Positions 9,975 through 19,525 of a stretch of 64,000 nt of DNA are shown here, in pieces. The DNA lies in IMG/VR virus record IMGVR_UViG_3300025703_000002, positions 3,841 through 67,840 of that record; one strand, 5' to 3'. Source of the stretch: a virus. Below the pieces are notes generated by a model. It saw only the letters and a program-made list of their open reading frames with translations. It was not told the DNA's origin and ran no database searches. How positions within the stretch are numbered: position 1 is the stretch's first letter; each line of letters opens with the position of its first letter. The position numbers and the translations under genes were made by a program.

Positions 9975-10997
9975 TCACGTCACGCCAATACCGGTTGTAG
10001 CAAACGTCGGGACAGAACCCGTGACGTAGACATAACCAGAACCGCTGTCCCAAGCTGTGACACCGACCGAAGACGGATTAGCAACTAGGACAAGCCCTCC
10101 TGGAGTCGTGACACTAAACGCGTCAGACATCGCTACGCCAGTCCCAGACTTCACGGAATTAATAAATCGGCAGTCTTTGAACTCCACCCATCTATCAATT
10201 CCAGCACTAGCAATCGTAGAGATCGTAGCACCCGAGCCTGAGCCAGTCGGATAGGCAATAAACCGACAGTCTTGGAAACTGTTACGTGGGGTTCCACCAG
10301 AGAATAGAACAGTCGAGTTTGCGGCCGTCCTAGCTACCGTGTCGAGACCAAAGTTACAGTTAACAAAAGTGTTCTCACCGCCTCCAACGATCGAAAGACA
10401 AGCTGCCGTGGTAGATCCAGCCGAAGCCGCGTCGCCCATGCCACCAAAGTCTACAGCGTTGTAGAAGTTTCGGCCACCTGCTTCAATCCACGCGACCTGA
10501 TTAGACGAAGACCCGGTAGAGAATCCGTTAAACAGTGAGAAGTTACCGAAGTAACACCCCGTTGCCGTGACGTTAAAGAAATTCCCGGAGTTACCAAACG
10601 TCGCCGCGGTGTAAACACCGGTCGGAGGCGCAAAGCGAGCCCTGGCATTCATTCCGGTAGGTGCAGTCATGCCAATCAAATGAAGGGCATTCTTGGCCCA
10701 AGTCACCGTCCCAGTCGTTGCCGACGGGGTAATCGTTTGGGCAAGTGCGGTGGAAAGACGGGCCGTACCAGTCGTGTCTCCGGAGCCAACGAGAACGATG
10801 ACGTCGTTGCTGTCTGCCGCAGCTTTGTTATACGCCTGATAGATCGTGGCGAATGGAGAACCCGCATTGCCCTGATTTCCGTCAGAGCCATGCAGAGGAT
10901 CAACAAACCACCAGTTCCCCGTAAAGAACGGTGCCCCACCGACGCCGAAGGTGAGAACACCCCCGGCGCTATAGAAGTAATCAGAAACAGTTGTCAT
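9975..10997 (-). CDS. Minor capsid/decoration protein, beta-helix-like
   Basis: FVDP..GSDGN.G..SPFATI..A motif and N.F..C.F repeats; directly downstream of MCP. Confidence 0.6.
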   Translation of the reverse strand: MTTVSDYFYSAGGVLTFGVGGAPFFTGNWWFVDPLHGSDGNQGNAGSPFATIYQAYNKAAADSNDVIVLVGSGDTTGTARLSTALAQTITPSATTGTVTWAKNALHLIGMTAPTGMNARARFAPPTGVYTAATFGNSGNFFNVTATGCYFGNFSLFNGFSTGSSSNQVAWIEAGGRNFYNAVDFGGMGDAASAGSTTAACLSIVGGGENTFVNCNFGLDTVARTAANSTVLFSGGTPRNSFQDCRFIAYPTGSGSGATISTIASAGIDRWVEFKDCRFINSVKSGTGVAMSDAFSVTTPGGLVLVANPSSVGVTAWDSGSGYVYVTGSVPTFATTGIGVT

Positions 10998-11009
10998 GTA
11001 AACCTCCGA

Positions 11010-11924
11010 TTACGACGTGGGGAACGAACCGAAAACGGCACGCCAGTCTTGGTACGAGAACGAGAACCTCTCGTAACCCTTGACGAGGAGATTGTCCGTA
11101 TAGAAGTCTACGAACATATCCATCTCGAACGCGATACGTTGGAGATACGTCAACCCCTGGGTGTTCGTCAGAAGGAACCAGGCGAAGTTACTCGTGAGGT
11201 AGTCGTTAACCATATGCCCCTCAGGAAGGCCACCGGCCGTCGAGAGAATGGCGTTAACGTCGTTGTCAGCCGTACCGGGCCGGAGTTCCGTCTTGACGAG
11301 GCGGATAGCAACAGGCTCTAGAGTCGGATTAACAACGAGCTTCCGAGCACGGCCCTGAATCTTCAGTCCGGCGTTGTCACGCCAAGTCTGTCGAATCGTG
11401 GTCATTGCTGAAAGCAGCGAGGCTTCGTTAAGATCCTGCGGAACGGATGGGATGTTCGCAATCGTAGTCCCATCAATCGGATGGGCCGAAGAGAACAACG
11501 CTTGGCCGTCACCACCGACGTTAGCGTCATAGGTCGTGCCGAGGTTCAGGATCGAAGCGCCCTGAATCTCCTTGTACTGGACAAAGGAGAATTGCAGACC
11601 GAGGTTACTCGGCTGAAACTGTGCCTTGTACAGGTTGTCGTCGATCGCCTTACGAGTTATTGCGTAGCCGAGAGCGACTTCGATGTGCTCTTGGTTGTAC
11701 GTATAACGCTGTCCGGCGTTGTTATCAAAGTACGTTCCACCGCCCTCATTCTTCAGGCGAGGAAGACCCATGTAACGCATACTCGTGACGCGCTCAAGAG
11801 CCATATTAGATTTGCCGACGGCAAAGATCTTATCGTACTGGAGAGGAATCTCCTTGTACTTCCCTTCAACGGCACGAAGGCCGGGGAAGAGTTCGTCTTT
11901 GATCTGGGCTGTATTAATAGCCAT
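11010..11924 (-). CDS. Major capsid protein
   Basis: GGDGQALFSSAHP, KLVVNP.L, GTADND.N, YLT..AWFLLT, ERFSF..DWR..FGS pattern of Mu-gpT-like HK97-fold MCPs. Confidence 0.9.
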   Translation of the reverse strand: MAINTAQIKDELFPGLRAVEGKYKEIPLQYDKIFAVGKSNMALERVTSMRYMGLPRLKNEGGGTYFDNNAGQRYTYNQEHIEVALGYAITRKAIDDNLYKAQFQPSNLGLQFSFVQYKEIQGASILNLGTTYDANVGGDGQALFSSAHPIDGTTIANIPSVPQDLNEASLLSAMTTIRQTWRDNAGLKIQGRARKLVVNPTLEPVAIRLVKTELRPGTADNDVNAILSTAGGLPEGHMVNDYLTSNFAWFLLTNTQGLTYLQRIAFEMDMFVDFYTDNLLVKGYERFSFSYQDWRAVFGSFPTS

Positions 11925-11938
11925 TTTTTAATCTCCCC

Positions 11939-12571
11939 TTATGCGAAGGCTGCAACACCCGCCTTGAAGACTTCATTGTTCCAGCCGACAATAACGTAGT
12001 TATACGGAGTCGTAAGATCCGTACCGTTAGCGCTCGGAGGGTCAGTCACAAGACGAGTAATAATGAAGGGAAGAGCCAGTGTCGTAGTCGGAGTCGTAAT
12101 CCCCTGCGTAGACTGACCGGTTAGCGTATTCCCGAGAACACCTGAAACACTGGTGTACGAGAGATTAACGTTCTGGCCGACGGAGGCTTGGAGGATAGCC
12201 GTGGCTTGGGTAGACTGAACAAGGAATTCAGTATCCGGGCTATCAATAATATAAGCCTTAACCGTACCGTTAGCATCCGAACCGGGCCAGTATCGCGACC
12301 AAACGGTACGACCTTGTGACACAGAAAGATACTTACAGCCCCAGAAGACACCGCAGGGATTAGCCAGAGGCGTCCCAGAGTTATAGATCGTACTAGAATA
12401 CTGCTGGATAGTTCCATCGGCAGTCGAGTACGTCGGGGCAACAACGTCACCAGAAAAGATAGGCGTTGAGTCAGTCGAAGCAATCAATCGTTCAGTTAGA
12501 CGGAAATTCGGGCCGGCACCTGCGAAAGTGCCTTCGGGCGAAAATCCGAAGGGGGCGAGAACATTCGCCAT
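11939..12571 (-). CDS. Capsid decoration/cement-like protein
   Basis: MAN..APFGF.P, IFSGD.V, GVF.GC.Y, P...FLVQ pattern; directly upstream of MCP. Confidence 0.7.
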   Translation of the reverse strand: MANVLAPFGFSPEGTFAGAGPNFRLTERLIASTDSTPIFSGDVVAPTYSTADGTIQQYSSTIYNSGTPLANPCGVFWGCKYLSVSQGRTVWSRYWPGSDANGTVKAYIIDSPDTEFLVQSTQATAILQASVGQNVNLSYTSVSGVLGNTLTGQSTQGITTPTTTLALPFIITRLVTDPPSANGTDLTTPYNYVIVGWNNEVFKAGVAAFA

Positions 12572-12709
12572 TGTGAAACTCCATTTTTGAAGGAGGTTCA
12601 GTCCAGTCGCAAGCGTAGCGGTGAAACTGATTTAGGGGGATCTCTAAACAGCGTGTTTAAAGTATTTGAAATCTTTAATAAGCAGCGCGCGTATTAAAGG
12701 TTATTAAAA

Positions 12710-13465
12710 TTAGTCTTCCTGCGAACCCACGGGCCGCATGATCTCGTGTCGGACGACCTTCAACTGGTCGGGGTACTCGTCACGAGAAGCTGTATTCGCG
12801 GGGGTTTCGTGGAGGCGTTTCTCAGAATTAATGACCTGATCCAGAGCCTCTCGTTTGTCCGCTGCACGACGGGAATCGGCTAGAACCTTAGGAATCTCCA
12901 TCAAAATCTGACCGCCGGCCTCAATCGGACCTTCGTGTCCTGCCGGCATCAGCCAGGGATGTCGGGAGGCCGGAACGGCACGCCAGCCAGTCCGAAGGAG
13001 ATTAAGCATGTGGTATCTATTGTCCTTGCCAGTAACAGTCTGGGCACGCCACTGGTATTCCCAACCTTCAGGAGCAAGGGTGGAAGGAATGTTTAGCTCA
13101 GACGCTTGACCACCATCCCAACCGTTGAGATCGTCAAGAATCTCCTGGGCACGTAACTCGGCGTCACGCACAGAATCAGAACGGGTCTCCTGGCGGAGAT
13201 TCTCAGTATGTCCGATGGTTTCGTCATGGTCGGCATGTCGGGAGAGATGGCGGAACTCTTTACGACGTAGGTCGACTTTAGGATTATTGCCAGACTCTTC
13301 TCGGAGTCCCTCAATTGGCAGATTCATATTAAATCCTCGATTCTTGATAGTTCGAAAGGGTGCACCACAATCCCAACATTCATAACGACTCGGATCACTA
13401 CCTTCAGAAATGTTTGTACCGTGGCAATAGCGACATTTATCAGGAATAACCCACTCAGAATTCAA
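12710..13465 (-). CDS. Head-module protein (possible internal start at 13327)
   Basis: PEGWEYQW..GW..VP..HP..GGQILME pattern between scaffold and capsid genes. Confidence 0.6.
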   Translation of the reverse strand: MNSEWVIPDKCRYCHGTNISEGSDPSRYECWDCGAPFRTIKNRGFNMNLPIEGLREESGNNPKVDLRRKEFRHLSRHADHDETIGHTENLRQETRSDSVRDAELRAQEILDDLNGWDGGQASELNIPSTLAPEGWEYQWRAQTVTGKDNRYHMLNLLRTGWRAVPASRHPWLMPAGHEGPIEAGGQILMEIPKVLADSRRAADKREALDQVINSEKRLHETPANTASRDEYPDQLKVVRHEIMRPVGSQED

Positions 13466-14385
13466 CCTGCTCGACTCATCTTACCCTCAGAAATCAAATC
13501 CAGTTTATTCTGGGCGTAAATCTGAAGGAGTTCATTCTTTGTCTTATTTTCGTATCCGGGGACTGTAGACAACGTGTCAAGAGCCGTCTGGACCTCGGAG
13601 GCTGAAAGATTCACGGTTCCAGGACGTTGGGCACCAGGAGACTGAGTGATGTCACGTCCAACAGGAGCAGACGTAGGGCTTCTGGCGGACTCACGACGTT
13701 GTGTCTCGACCTGACGGCTTGAGGAAACGCCTAATTCTTGGTTAATAAACGAGAAGTACCCGTCAGAGTCTGGTCGGTAGCCCTCATCGACTGCGTCTTC
13801 ATGGGCACGAACCATTTTCTTCAGAAGTTTCGGGTCACGAACGAATTCAGGATGTGCCCGGACCCAAGAAGCTGATTCCGGAGACAATGTTTGTGCCATT
13901 TGCTCGACAGGATCGTTAAGAACCTGGATTGGCTGACGAAGAGGTGTTTTGACCTCTTCCTCAAGGGCCATTTTACCCCTTTCGGCCTCAACGATACGAG
14001 CATTCGCCTCAGAAATTCGATCCTGAGCATCACCGGCCTTCTCAAAATCACCAGATTCCATCGCGACACGGTAGTCGGTCTTAGCCGCGATCTTATCTTT
14101 TTGGAGGGAATCGATAATTGTAGAGACCTGGTCTTTCTTAACGACCGTAAGATCCCGTTGAGCCTCATGAGCCTGCTTTACAGCATCGGCGATCAACCGG
14201 TCTTTCTCGGCGAGTCGTCGGGCAGAGTCCTGTTTGGCCTTCTCGACCTGCTCCTTGAGTGTTTCAATGCCTTCATCGGCAGAAATCACAGGAGTCTCAG
14301 TCTTTACTTTCTCCGGGGAGAGTTCAACCTTGACTTCATTATCTTGAACCTTAACTTCCGGTAGAGTAACCGTAGTATCCGTCAT
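13462..14385 (-). CDS. Scaffolding protein
   Basis: Coiled-coil, A.ESGD..K motif, W...HP.F, C-terminal LS.SE helix; position. Confidence 0.7.
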   Translation of the reverse strand: MTDTTVTLPEVKVQDNEVKVELSPEKVKTETPVISADEGIETLKEQVEKAKQDSARRLAEKDRLIADAVKQAHEAQRDLTVVKKDQVSTIIDSLQKDKIAAKTDYRVAMESGDFEKAGDAQDRISEANARIVEAERGKMALEEEVKTPLRQPIQVLNDPVEQMAQTLSPESASWVRAHPEFVRDPKLLKKMVRAHEDAVDEGYRPDSDGYFSFINQELGVSSSRQVETQRRESARSPTSAPVGRDITQSPGAQRPGTVNLSASEVQTALDTLSTVPGYENKTKNELLQIYAQNKLDLISEGKMSRAG

Positions 14386-14663
14386 ACAATCCTCTCGAAC
14401 GTGTGCCCATTAATTCTATTGTGTAGGCGACCTATCGCCGCATAAAGTGCCCAACTGAACCCTGAGGCTGAAGAGAAGTCAGTCTCAAGTGATTCTGCTC
14501 CGACGGTTCCGTCCCCTAAGATGACGGCAATGCCGACACCCTGGATTTGACCCGCTTCTGCCTTTTCGAGGTATTCTTTTAGAATCTCGACGACAGATGT
14601 AATAGGTTCTCCTTTCGGAGTCGGAACAGAGTACCCAGGAAAGGCTACGACCTGTCCCATCAT
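14382..14663 (-). CDS. Hypothetical protein (paralogue of next)
   Basis: LEKAEAGQIQGVGIAVI motif. Confidence 0.55.
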   Translation of the reverse strand: MMGQVVAFPGYSVPTPKGEPITSVVEILKEYLEKAEAGQIQGVGIAVILGDGTVGAESLETDFSSASGFSWALYAAIGRLHNRINGHTFERIV

Positions 14664-14929
14664 AAAACCAAAAGAAGTGGCGGGTGAATCTTCTCGGAAA
14701 CCCGGCCATACAACGTCTGGATCGTCTCTTCGAGAGACTCTCGAATAGTTGTCTCATCGGTCCAGGCAGCATTCGTACCAGCAGACATTCCACTATCGTC
14801 GTCTACCGTAATAACTGCGTAACCTATGGCTGCAATCTTGCCTGCACGGGCCAGAGAGAGAAGATGCTTTGTTGCAGCAACCATATCCGATTGCTTCTGC
14901 ATAGGAAGTGTAAGTTTTGATTCAGACAT
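14660..14929 (-). CDS. Hypothetical protein
   Basis: LSLARAGKIAAIGYAVI motif. Confidence 0.55.
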   Translation of the reverse strand: MSESKLTLPMQKQSDMVAATKHLLSLARAGKIAAIGYAVITVDDDSGMSAGTNAAWTDETTIRESLEETIQTLYGRVSEKIHPPLLLVL

Positions 14930-15219
14930 TATTTTGATTTCTTTATCAAGTAGGAAACCTCAAAGCAAAGTTTACCTTCTTCATCGTATTTAGGGAAAAG
15001 TGCGATATCTCCAGGTTTTCCATCTTTACCAAGGACCGCATCAGGATATCTTTTACGTTCCATCGCTTTATCCATAGAGGTCTCTACCGAACGCGGCCAA
15101 CTATGTAGAGGAGAAAATCCTGAATCTTCCGAATAGTCGATCCATTCTTTCTGGAGGGCATCTGAAATTTGGACTGGGACGTATCGTACTTTTGTCCCTT
15201 CTCGCGCCCAAACTGACAT
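14929..15219 (-). CDS. Hypothetical protein
   Basis: Coupled ORF. Confidence 0.5.
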   Translation of the reverse strand: MSVWAREGTKVRYVPVQISDALQKEWIDYSEDSGFSPLHSWPRSVETSMDKAMERKRYPDAVLGKDGKPGDIALFPKYDEEGKLCFEVSYLIKKSK

Positions 15220-15617
15220 TAAAACACCAGATCCGGCGCAGGGATCACGAGTTCAACCTGGGTGTCAGACAACAGAATGCAGTGTCCTGTCTTTGATCGG
15301 ATATCAACCTTCAGACCATTTGACGGACGGAACATAACCCATTCACCCACGTCTGGGTTCAACCCGTGGAAGTGAACCCGATCGTCGTCAACAAAGGCAA
15401 TAGGACCCTTCTTGAGGATTAATCCAGCCTTACCTTGATATCTGTCTTCGTCTCGAATCTGGTCTGGGAGGATAATCCCACCAGTAGTTTTATCACCCCG
15501 CATATAGATACCAACGAGGATTTTATTCAACGGGACAATGAACTCGGAGAGATCGCCGATACGTTCGACAATCTCATCGACGGGGTCTACGTCATACACC
15601 ATAGTCATAAGCGGCAT
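15219..15617 (-). CDS. groES: GroES-like co-chaperonin
   Basis: PLNKILV..KTTGGIILPD..GLILKKGP..VGEWVMF motifs. Confidence 0.85.
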   Translation of the reverse strand: MPLMTMVYDVDPVDEIVERIGDLSEFIVPLNKILVGIYMRGDKTTGGIILPDQIRDEDRYQGKAGLILKKGPIAFVDDDRVHFHGLNPDVGEWVMFRPSNGLKVDIRSKTGHCILLSDTQVELVIPAPDLVF

Positions 15618-15859
15618 TAAGTCTCATATCCTTTTAGAAAACCTTTAGAAGAAACAGGTTTCTCTGGGTTAGAAAGGTCTGATTGGACTTCGTTCATTTC
15701 TTGAAGGGAGTGTCGGAGTCCTTTGATGAACCCGACACGTTCCATATAGGAAGGATAGTCAGAAGCAGGAGAAGACGAAAGGACTGTACACCGATCTATA
15801 ATTATCGCTTCGATTCGATTTCTAAGAGCCCGGTCAAATCGGACTTGATAACCGTCCAT
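15617..15859 (-). CDS. Hypothetical head-module protein
   Basis: DY..Y...VG.IKGL motif; position between portal and GroES. Confidence 0.6.
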   Translation of the reverse strand: MDGYQVRFDRALRNRIEAIIIDRCTVLSSSPASDYPSYMERVGFIKGLRHSLQEMNEVQSDLSNPEKPVSSKGFLKGYET

Positions 15860-16089
15860 TATTTCTCCAAGAACCTTTTCATTCGGGGTTTAAACTCAGA
15901 TTTAATGAGACTGAAATCATTCATTTCGGATCTCGTGAATAAAACAGCCGATTTTTCATAGGTCGGTGCTTCCTCGATTATCATACTTCCGGTAGACTTA
16001 TCAATCGAGAGGCCGCACCGCTTACTGGCGGCACCCGGTAAGAGCAAATCACGAAGATAGTCTGGTGTAATGTTAACAGGATGATCCAT
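15859..16089 (-). CDS. Hypothetical protein
   Basis: Coupled ORF; C-terminus resembles the next gene. Confidence 0.5.
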   Translation of the reverse strand: MDHPVNITPDYLRDLLLPGAASKRCGLSIDKSTGSMIIEEAPTYEKSAVLFTRSEMNDFSLIKSEFKPRMKRFLEK

Positions 16090-16359
16090 TTACTCGCCCA
16101 TAAACTTCTGAAGACGTTCTTTAAGATCCGGAAACTGACCTAAAGACTTCTGGATGTCTTGTCTTGTGTACAGCGTTCGATACCTAAGTGCTGACGGGAC
16201 TCTCATGTCACACATCGTAATGGCATCGTCAGCCCAAGAGAAATCGAGTTCGATACCTGCCCCGAAAAGAGAGTTAACCCGATACCGGAGTTCAGGTAGG
16301 ACTTCCGTAGGCTGTAGGTCCCGCTCGTCGGGGACCGGGAGTAAAGAGAGTTGAGTCAT
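16090..16359 (-). CDS. Hypothetical protein
   Basis: Coupled ORF. Confidence 0.5.
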   Translation of the reverse strand: MTQLSLLPVPDERDLQPTEVLPELRYRVNSLFGAGIELDFSWADDAITMCDMRVPSALRYRTLYTRQDIQKSLGQFPDLKERLQKFMGE

Positions 16360-16982
16360 TTCTCAGCAGGACCTGCCTTTTTGCCGTACTTTCGAATCTT
16401 GTCTAGGCGGCCTTCCCCCGACATAGCACCAGCATCCATATCAGGATACTTGTGAACAGAGCCACCATCCTTCCGCATCATGCCAGGAGGACCCCCCATA
16501 GGGGCTGGGGGCATCCCTTGAGGAGGCATCGGCGGAGGCATAGGGCGTGCCACCGGAGGCGGGACGACACCCGGAGGAGGCATCGGAGGCCCTGGGGGTA
16601 TCCCTTGCGGCATCCCAGGCTTATCACCGCCCGAGGGGGCTATGATAACGTTTACAGTCGTGCCCTTCTTAGACTTAACAGAACCGCCCTTGGCACGTTC
16701 TGGCTTAAGATCTTCAGGGCGGACCATCTTTTTGATAAGAGCTTTATCTTCCTTTTCATCTCCGTGGCGAGAAGGACGATCCAGCCGCATCCTCGGCTTC
16801 TTGCCTTCGACGGAACCCCCACGCTTTCGCTTCTTTCGAAGGGAAGCCATACCGTGATCGTCCTCGGCAGCTTCAGGGGACTCGGCGTTAGCCGTACCGA
16901 CGCGATCGTTCTCAGTCTCGATCGGACTGTACTTGGCAGACATCGTCGTATATGACTGGTGTGGCCTAGAGTTAGCTTTCAT
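16356..16982 (-). CDS. Basic, Pro-rich internal virion protein with GG motifs
   Basis: RKRGGSV, RAKGGSV, RKDGGSV; PPM-rich tract. Confidence 0.6.
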   Translation of the reverse strand: MKANSRPHQSYTTMSAKYSPIETENDRVGTANAESPEAAEDDHGMASLRKKRKRGGSVEGKKPRMRLDRPSRHGDEKEDKALIKKMVRPEDLKPERAKGGSVKSKKGTTVNVIIAPSGGDKPGMPQGIPPGPPMPPPGVVPPPVARPMPPPMPPQGMPPAPMGGPPGMMRKDGGSVHKYPDMDAGAMSGEGRLDKIRKYGKKAGPAEK

Positions 16983-16984
16983 CT

Positions 16985-17290
16985 TTAATCCTTAGATTTT
17001 CTATCGAGGCGCCTACGGGGTTTCTTCCCCTCAACAGATTGGCGGTTTACACGACCACCGCGTTTTTGACCAATATCGTCATTTCCACTATCCCCAACAG
17101 TATCCACAGGATCAATACCCTTCGTTGGAAGAGGAGCATTCGGACGAACACTCGTGATATACGATCCCCACTGATTATCGAGTTTGTCGCTTAGATTCCT
17201 AGCCCGAGTTCGATTCACATATGGGCCGTAAGTCTTACCAGTTCCCTTATGGAAGACACTCCAACTCGCCGGAGATCCATCATCAGCCAT
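16985..17290 (-). CDS. Small protein with C-terminal KRGGRV..VEGKKPRRRLDR tag
   Basis: Coupled to portal. Confidence 0.55.
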   Translation of the reverse strand: MADDGSPASWSVFHKGTGKTYGPYVNRTRARNLSDKLDNQWGSYITSVRPNAPLPTKGIDPVDTVGDSGNDDIGQKRGGRVNRQSVEGKKPRRRLDRKSKD

Positions 17291-19515
17291 TATTCTGTCT
17301 CCGAAGTAGCAGCTTGAGCATCTGCCTGGTGATCTTTAGATTGCAAAGAGTGGTCGTTTTGATGGTCTTTTGATTGCATTAACCGATCGTGCAACTGGGC
17401 AGAAGTCTGACTCGCAGCGGCGGCATGAAGGTCTTGTGAGTGCTTCAACCGAGTATCCGCAGATTCCATTTCCTGGATCTTAAGATCATTCTGACTCTCA
17501 ATCAGCCGTTGCTGGATCTCTTCTTGAGACGTCTTCGCCTTCGTCTGAGAATCGGTGATCTTGGCCTGGGCGGCCATCAACTGAGCCTGTGCGGACTGCT
17601 GCGCAGCCACTGCCTTAGGATCAGGTGGAGGAGGAACTGTAGACGGATCTTGTGTAAACGACGCTGGATTATTGATCCCGAGAGTCCTTAGGACGTAGTC
17701 AAGCACGACTGAGATCTGGAACAAACTCGGATTTGCCGAAGCCATCTGGTACAATGCCTGGGCACGAAAGATTCGTTGGATTTGTGAAGACGTATTAGGA
17801 TCGGCACGAGGGACAAGATTATAGTCTGTCAACGCCTTCGTGAGTTTCTCCGAATCCCAATTAGGATCACGGTCTTGGTTAAACTTCCAGAAATCTTCTG
17901 GATACTCACGGAAGAGGTCACGAAGGAGTTCGAACTCTTTTGACTGTGCGGTGTGAAGCCGCTTGTGGACGGCGTCAGTTATCTTAATGGCCTGCTCGAT
18001 CAGTGCGATCGTGGTTCCAACCGGTTGCTCTTGGCGACCTTCACCGACAGCCATGTCAGCAATACCTGCTAGACGGGAACCCGACTCGACGATGGTATCG
18101 TACAGAGCCTTGATACCTGGACCAGCTTCCTTATACGGCAGAGGCATGACGACCTTACGGATGTCACCGTCAGGAGCCATCGAAACGTCGATAGGAGCAA
18201 AGCCTCCAGGCGGGACAGAGATATCTGTGGTGTTCTGTTTGTCAGATCCCTTTGAGACCAGCCCACCGGGGAAGTTACCAAAGATTCCCGAGTCAATCAT
18301 GACACGGAGAAGAGCTGTCGCGGCCGTCGTAGGATTACCGGCTATCTGGATTAACCCGATGTCGTAGAAACCAAATCCAGGAACGAAAGGAAATTTGACG
18401 AAGACTTCGCGAGGGCGCTCCATCTTGTCTTCTTCACGCCAGTTTCTTCGAATCTCTAGGATAGTCCTAGACGACTTCTCTATCGTGACTTTGTAAGGAC
18501 GTGGGAGACCGGTCGGTTCACCCTTCTCCTTATGCTCATCACCGGGAAGGTCGATCTGGCAGTAGCACTCTAGGATCGTAAACGGGGCATCTTCGGGGCG
18601 TTGCCCCGTCGTCCGGACACCAGTGACCTCTTGGATCTCGGCATCGACGGACGTCAGGGGCTGATACGCGGGTTGACTGAGATCGACGTCCCGATAGACC
18701 TTAAGATACTGCATCCGTTTCATAACGGACTGCCGCATTCTTGACGTAAAGGTTACACGATCAGCATTTGCGAGGTCGGTGGCAGCGTTAGAAACACAGA
18801 TGTCAGCGGCATCAACGGATTCGGAGACAGGGCGGCGGCGAATAGGGCAGCGATAGACTTTCTTAAAACCACTTCCACCGGCAGCGGTCCAGAGAAGCAT
18901 TCGTTCTGTGTCTGGAACGTACTCGGAGGCTGTTCTAGTGAGGTAGTAATTGAAATCGTCTTCAAGGAGTCTTGCAAGATCGTCACCTTCGATAACGTCA
19001 CGGGACAATTTGTTCTCGACCTTAACCGGGCCTCCCGTAGGGAGAAGTTCTGCTCCGGCCGTGGCCTGAAAGCGAAGGCAGGCTTCGAGAAGCATCGTAC
19101 TCCGGGATCTACTCGTATTGTCTACCCCGGCAGAAGCACCGGACTGGGAGTTACTCGGCTTCTCAATCTTTAACGCGAGGAGTTTAATACCTTCTGCGCG
19201 CTCTTGAAGCCAGTCTTCACGAGACATCTCGTCTTCTTCGATACCTCGAAGGAGATCCTCGCAGAGAGTCCCTAACGACATATCGTCTAGAGTCTCAGCA
19301 AGATTTCCATCAAATCCGGTATCTTCTAGAGACTTCGTAGGTCCATGGGCATTTAACGAGATCTGTACAGAGCCGTCTGGAAGGACTACGACAAGATTTG
19401 GTTTCTCAGGTTCTGACTCCATCTTTGAGGAATCTAGGACAACGGTCTCAGCCGAAGATGACTGATCTTTAGGATCAGATTCTCGAAGGAGTCTTGTTGA
19501 GATCAATCCAGCCAT
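17290..19515 (-). CDS. Portal protein
   Basis: F..NLAE, GPVK, GSGFKKVY, FVPGFGFYDIGL, PLPYKE, PVGTTIAL, P.ADPN motifs; follows TerL. Confidence 0.9.
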   Translation of the reverse strand: MAGLISTRLLRESDPKDQSSSAETVVLDSSKMESEPEKPNLVVVLPDGSVQISLNAHGPTKSLEDTGFDGNLAETLDDMSLGTLCEDLLRGIEEDEMSREDWLQERAEGIKLLALKIEKPSNSQSGASAGVDNTSRSRSTMLLEACLRFQATAGAELLPTGGPVKVENKLSRDVIEGDDLARLLEDDFNYYLTRTASEYVPDTERMLLWTAAGGSGFKKVYRCPIRRRPVSESVDAADICVSNAATDLANADRVTFTSRMRQSVMKRMQYLKVYRDVDLSQPAYQPLTSVDAEIQEVTGVRTTGQRPEDAPFTILECYCQIDLPGDEHKEKGEPTGLPRPYKVTIEKSSRTILEIRRNWREEDKMERPREVFVKFPFVPGFGFYDIGLIQIAGNPTTAATALLRVMIDSGIFGNFPGGLVSKGSDKQNTTDISVPPGGFAPIDVSMAPDGDIRKVVMPLPYKEAGPGIKALYDTIVESGSRLAGIADMAVGEGRQEQPVGTTIALIEQAIKITDAVHKRLHTAQSKEFELLRDLFREYPEDFWKFNQDRDPNWDSEKLTKALTDYNLVPRADPNTSSQIQRIFRAQALYQMASANPSLFQISVVLDYVLRTLGINNPASFTQDPSTVPPPPDPKAVAAQQSAQAQLMAAQAKITDSQTKAKTSQEEIQQRLIESQNDLKIQEMESADTRLKHSQDLHAAAASQTSAQLHDRLMQSKDHQNDHSLQSKDHQADAQAATSETE

Positions 19516-19525
19516 TCAGATATAA

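Noticed and set aside
15219-15617. GroES without GroEL as a novelty
   Set aside because: Phage co-chaperonins for capsid folding are well known (e.g. T4 gp31).
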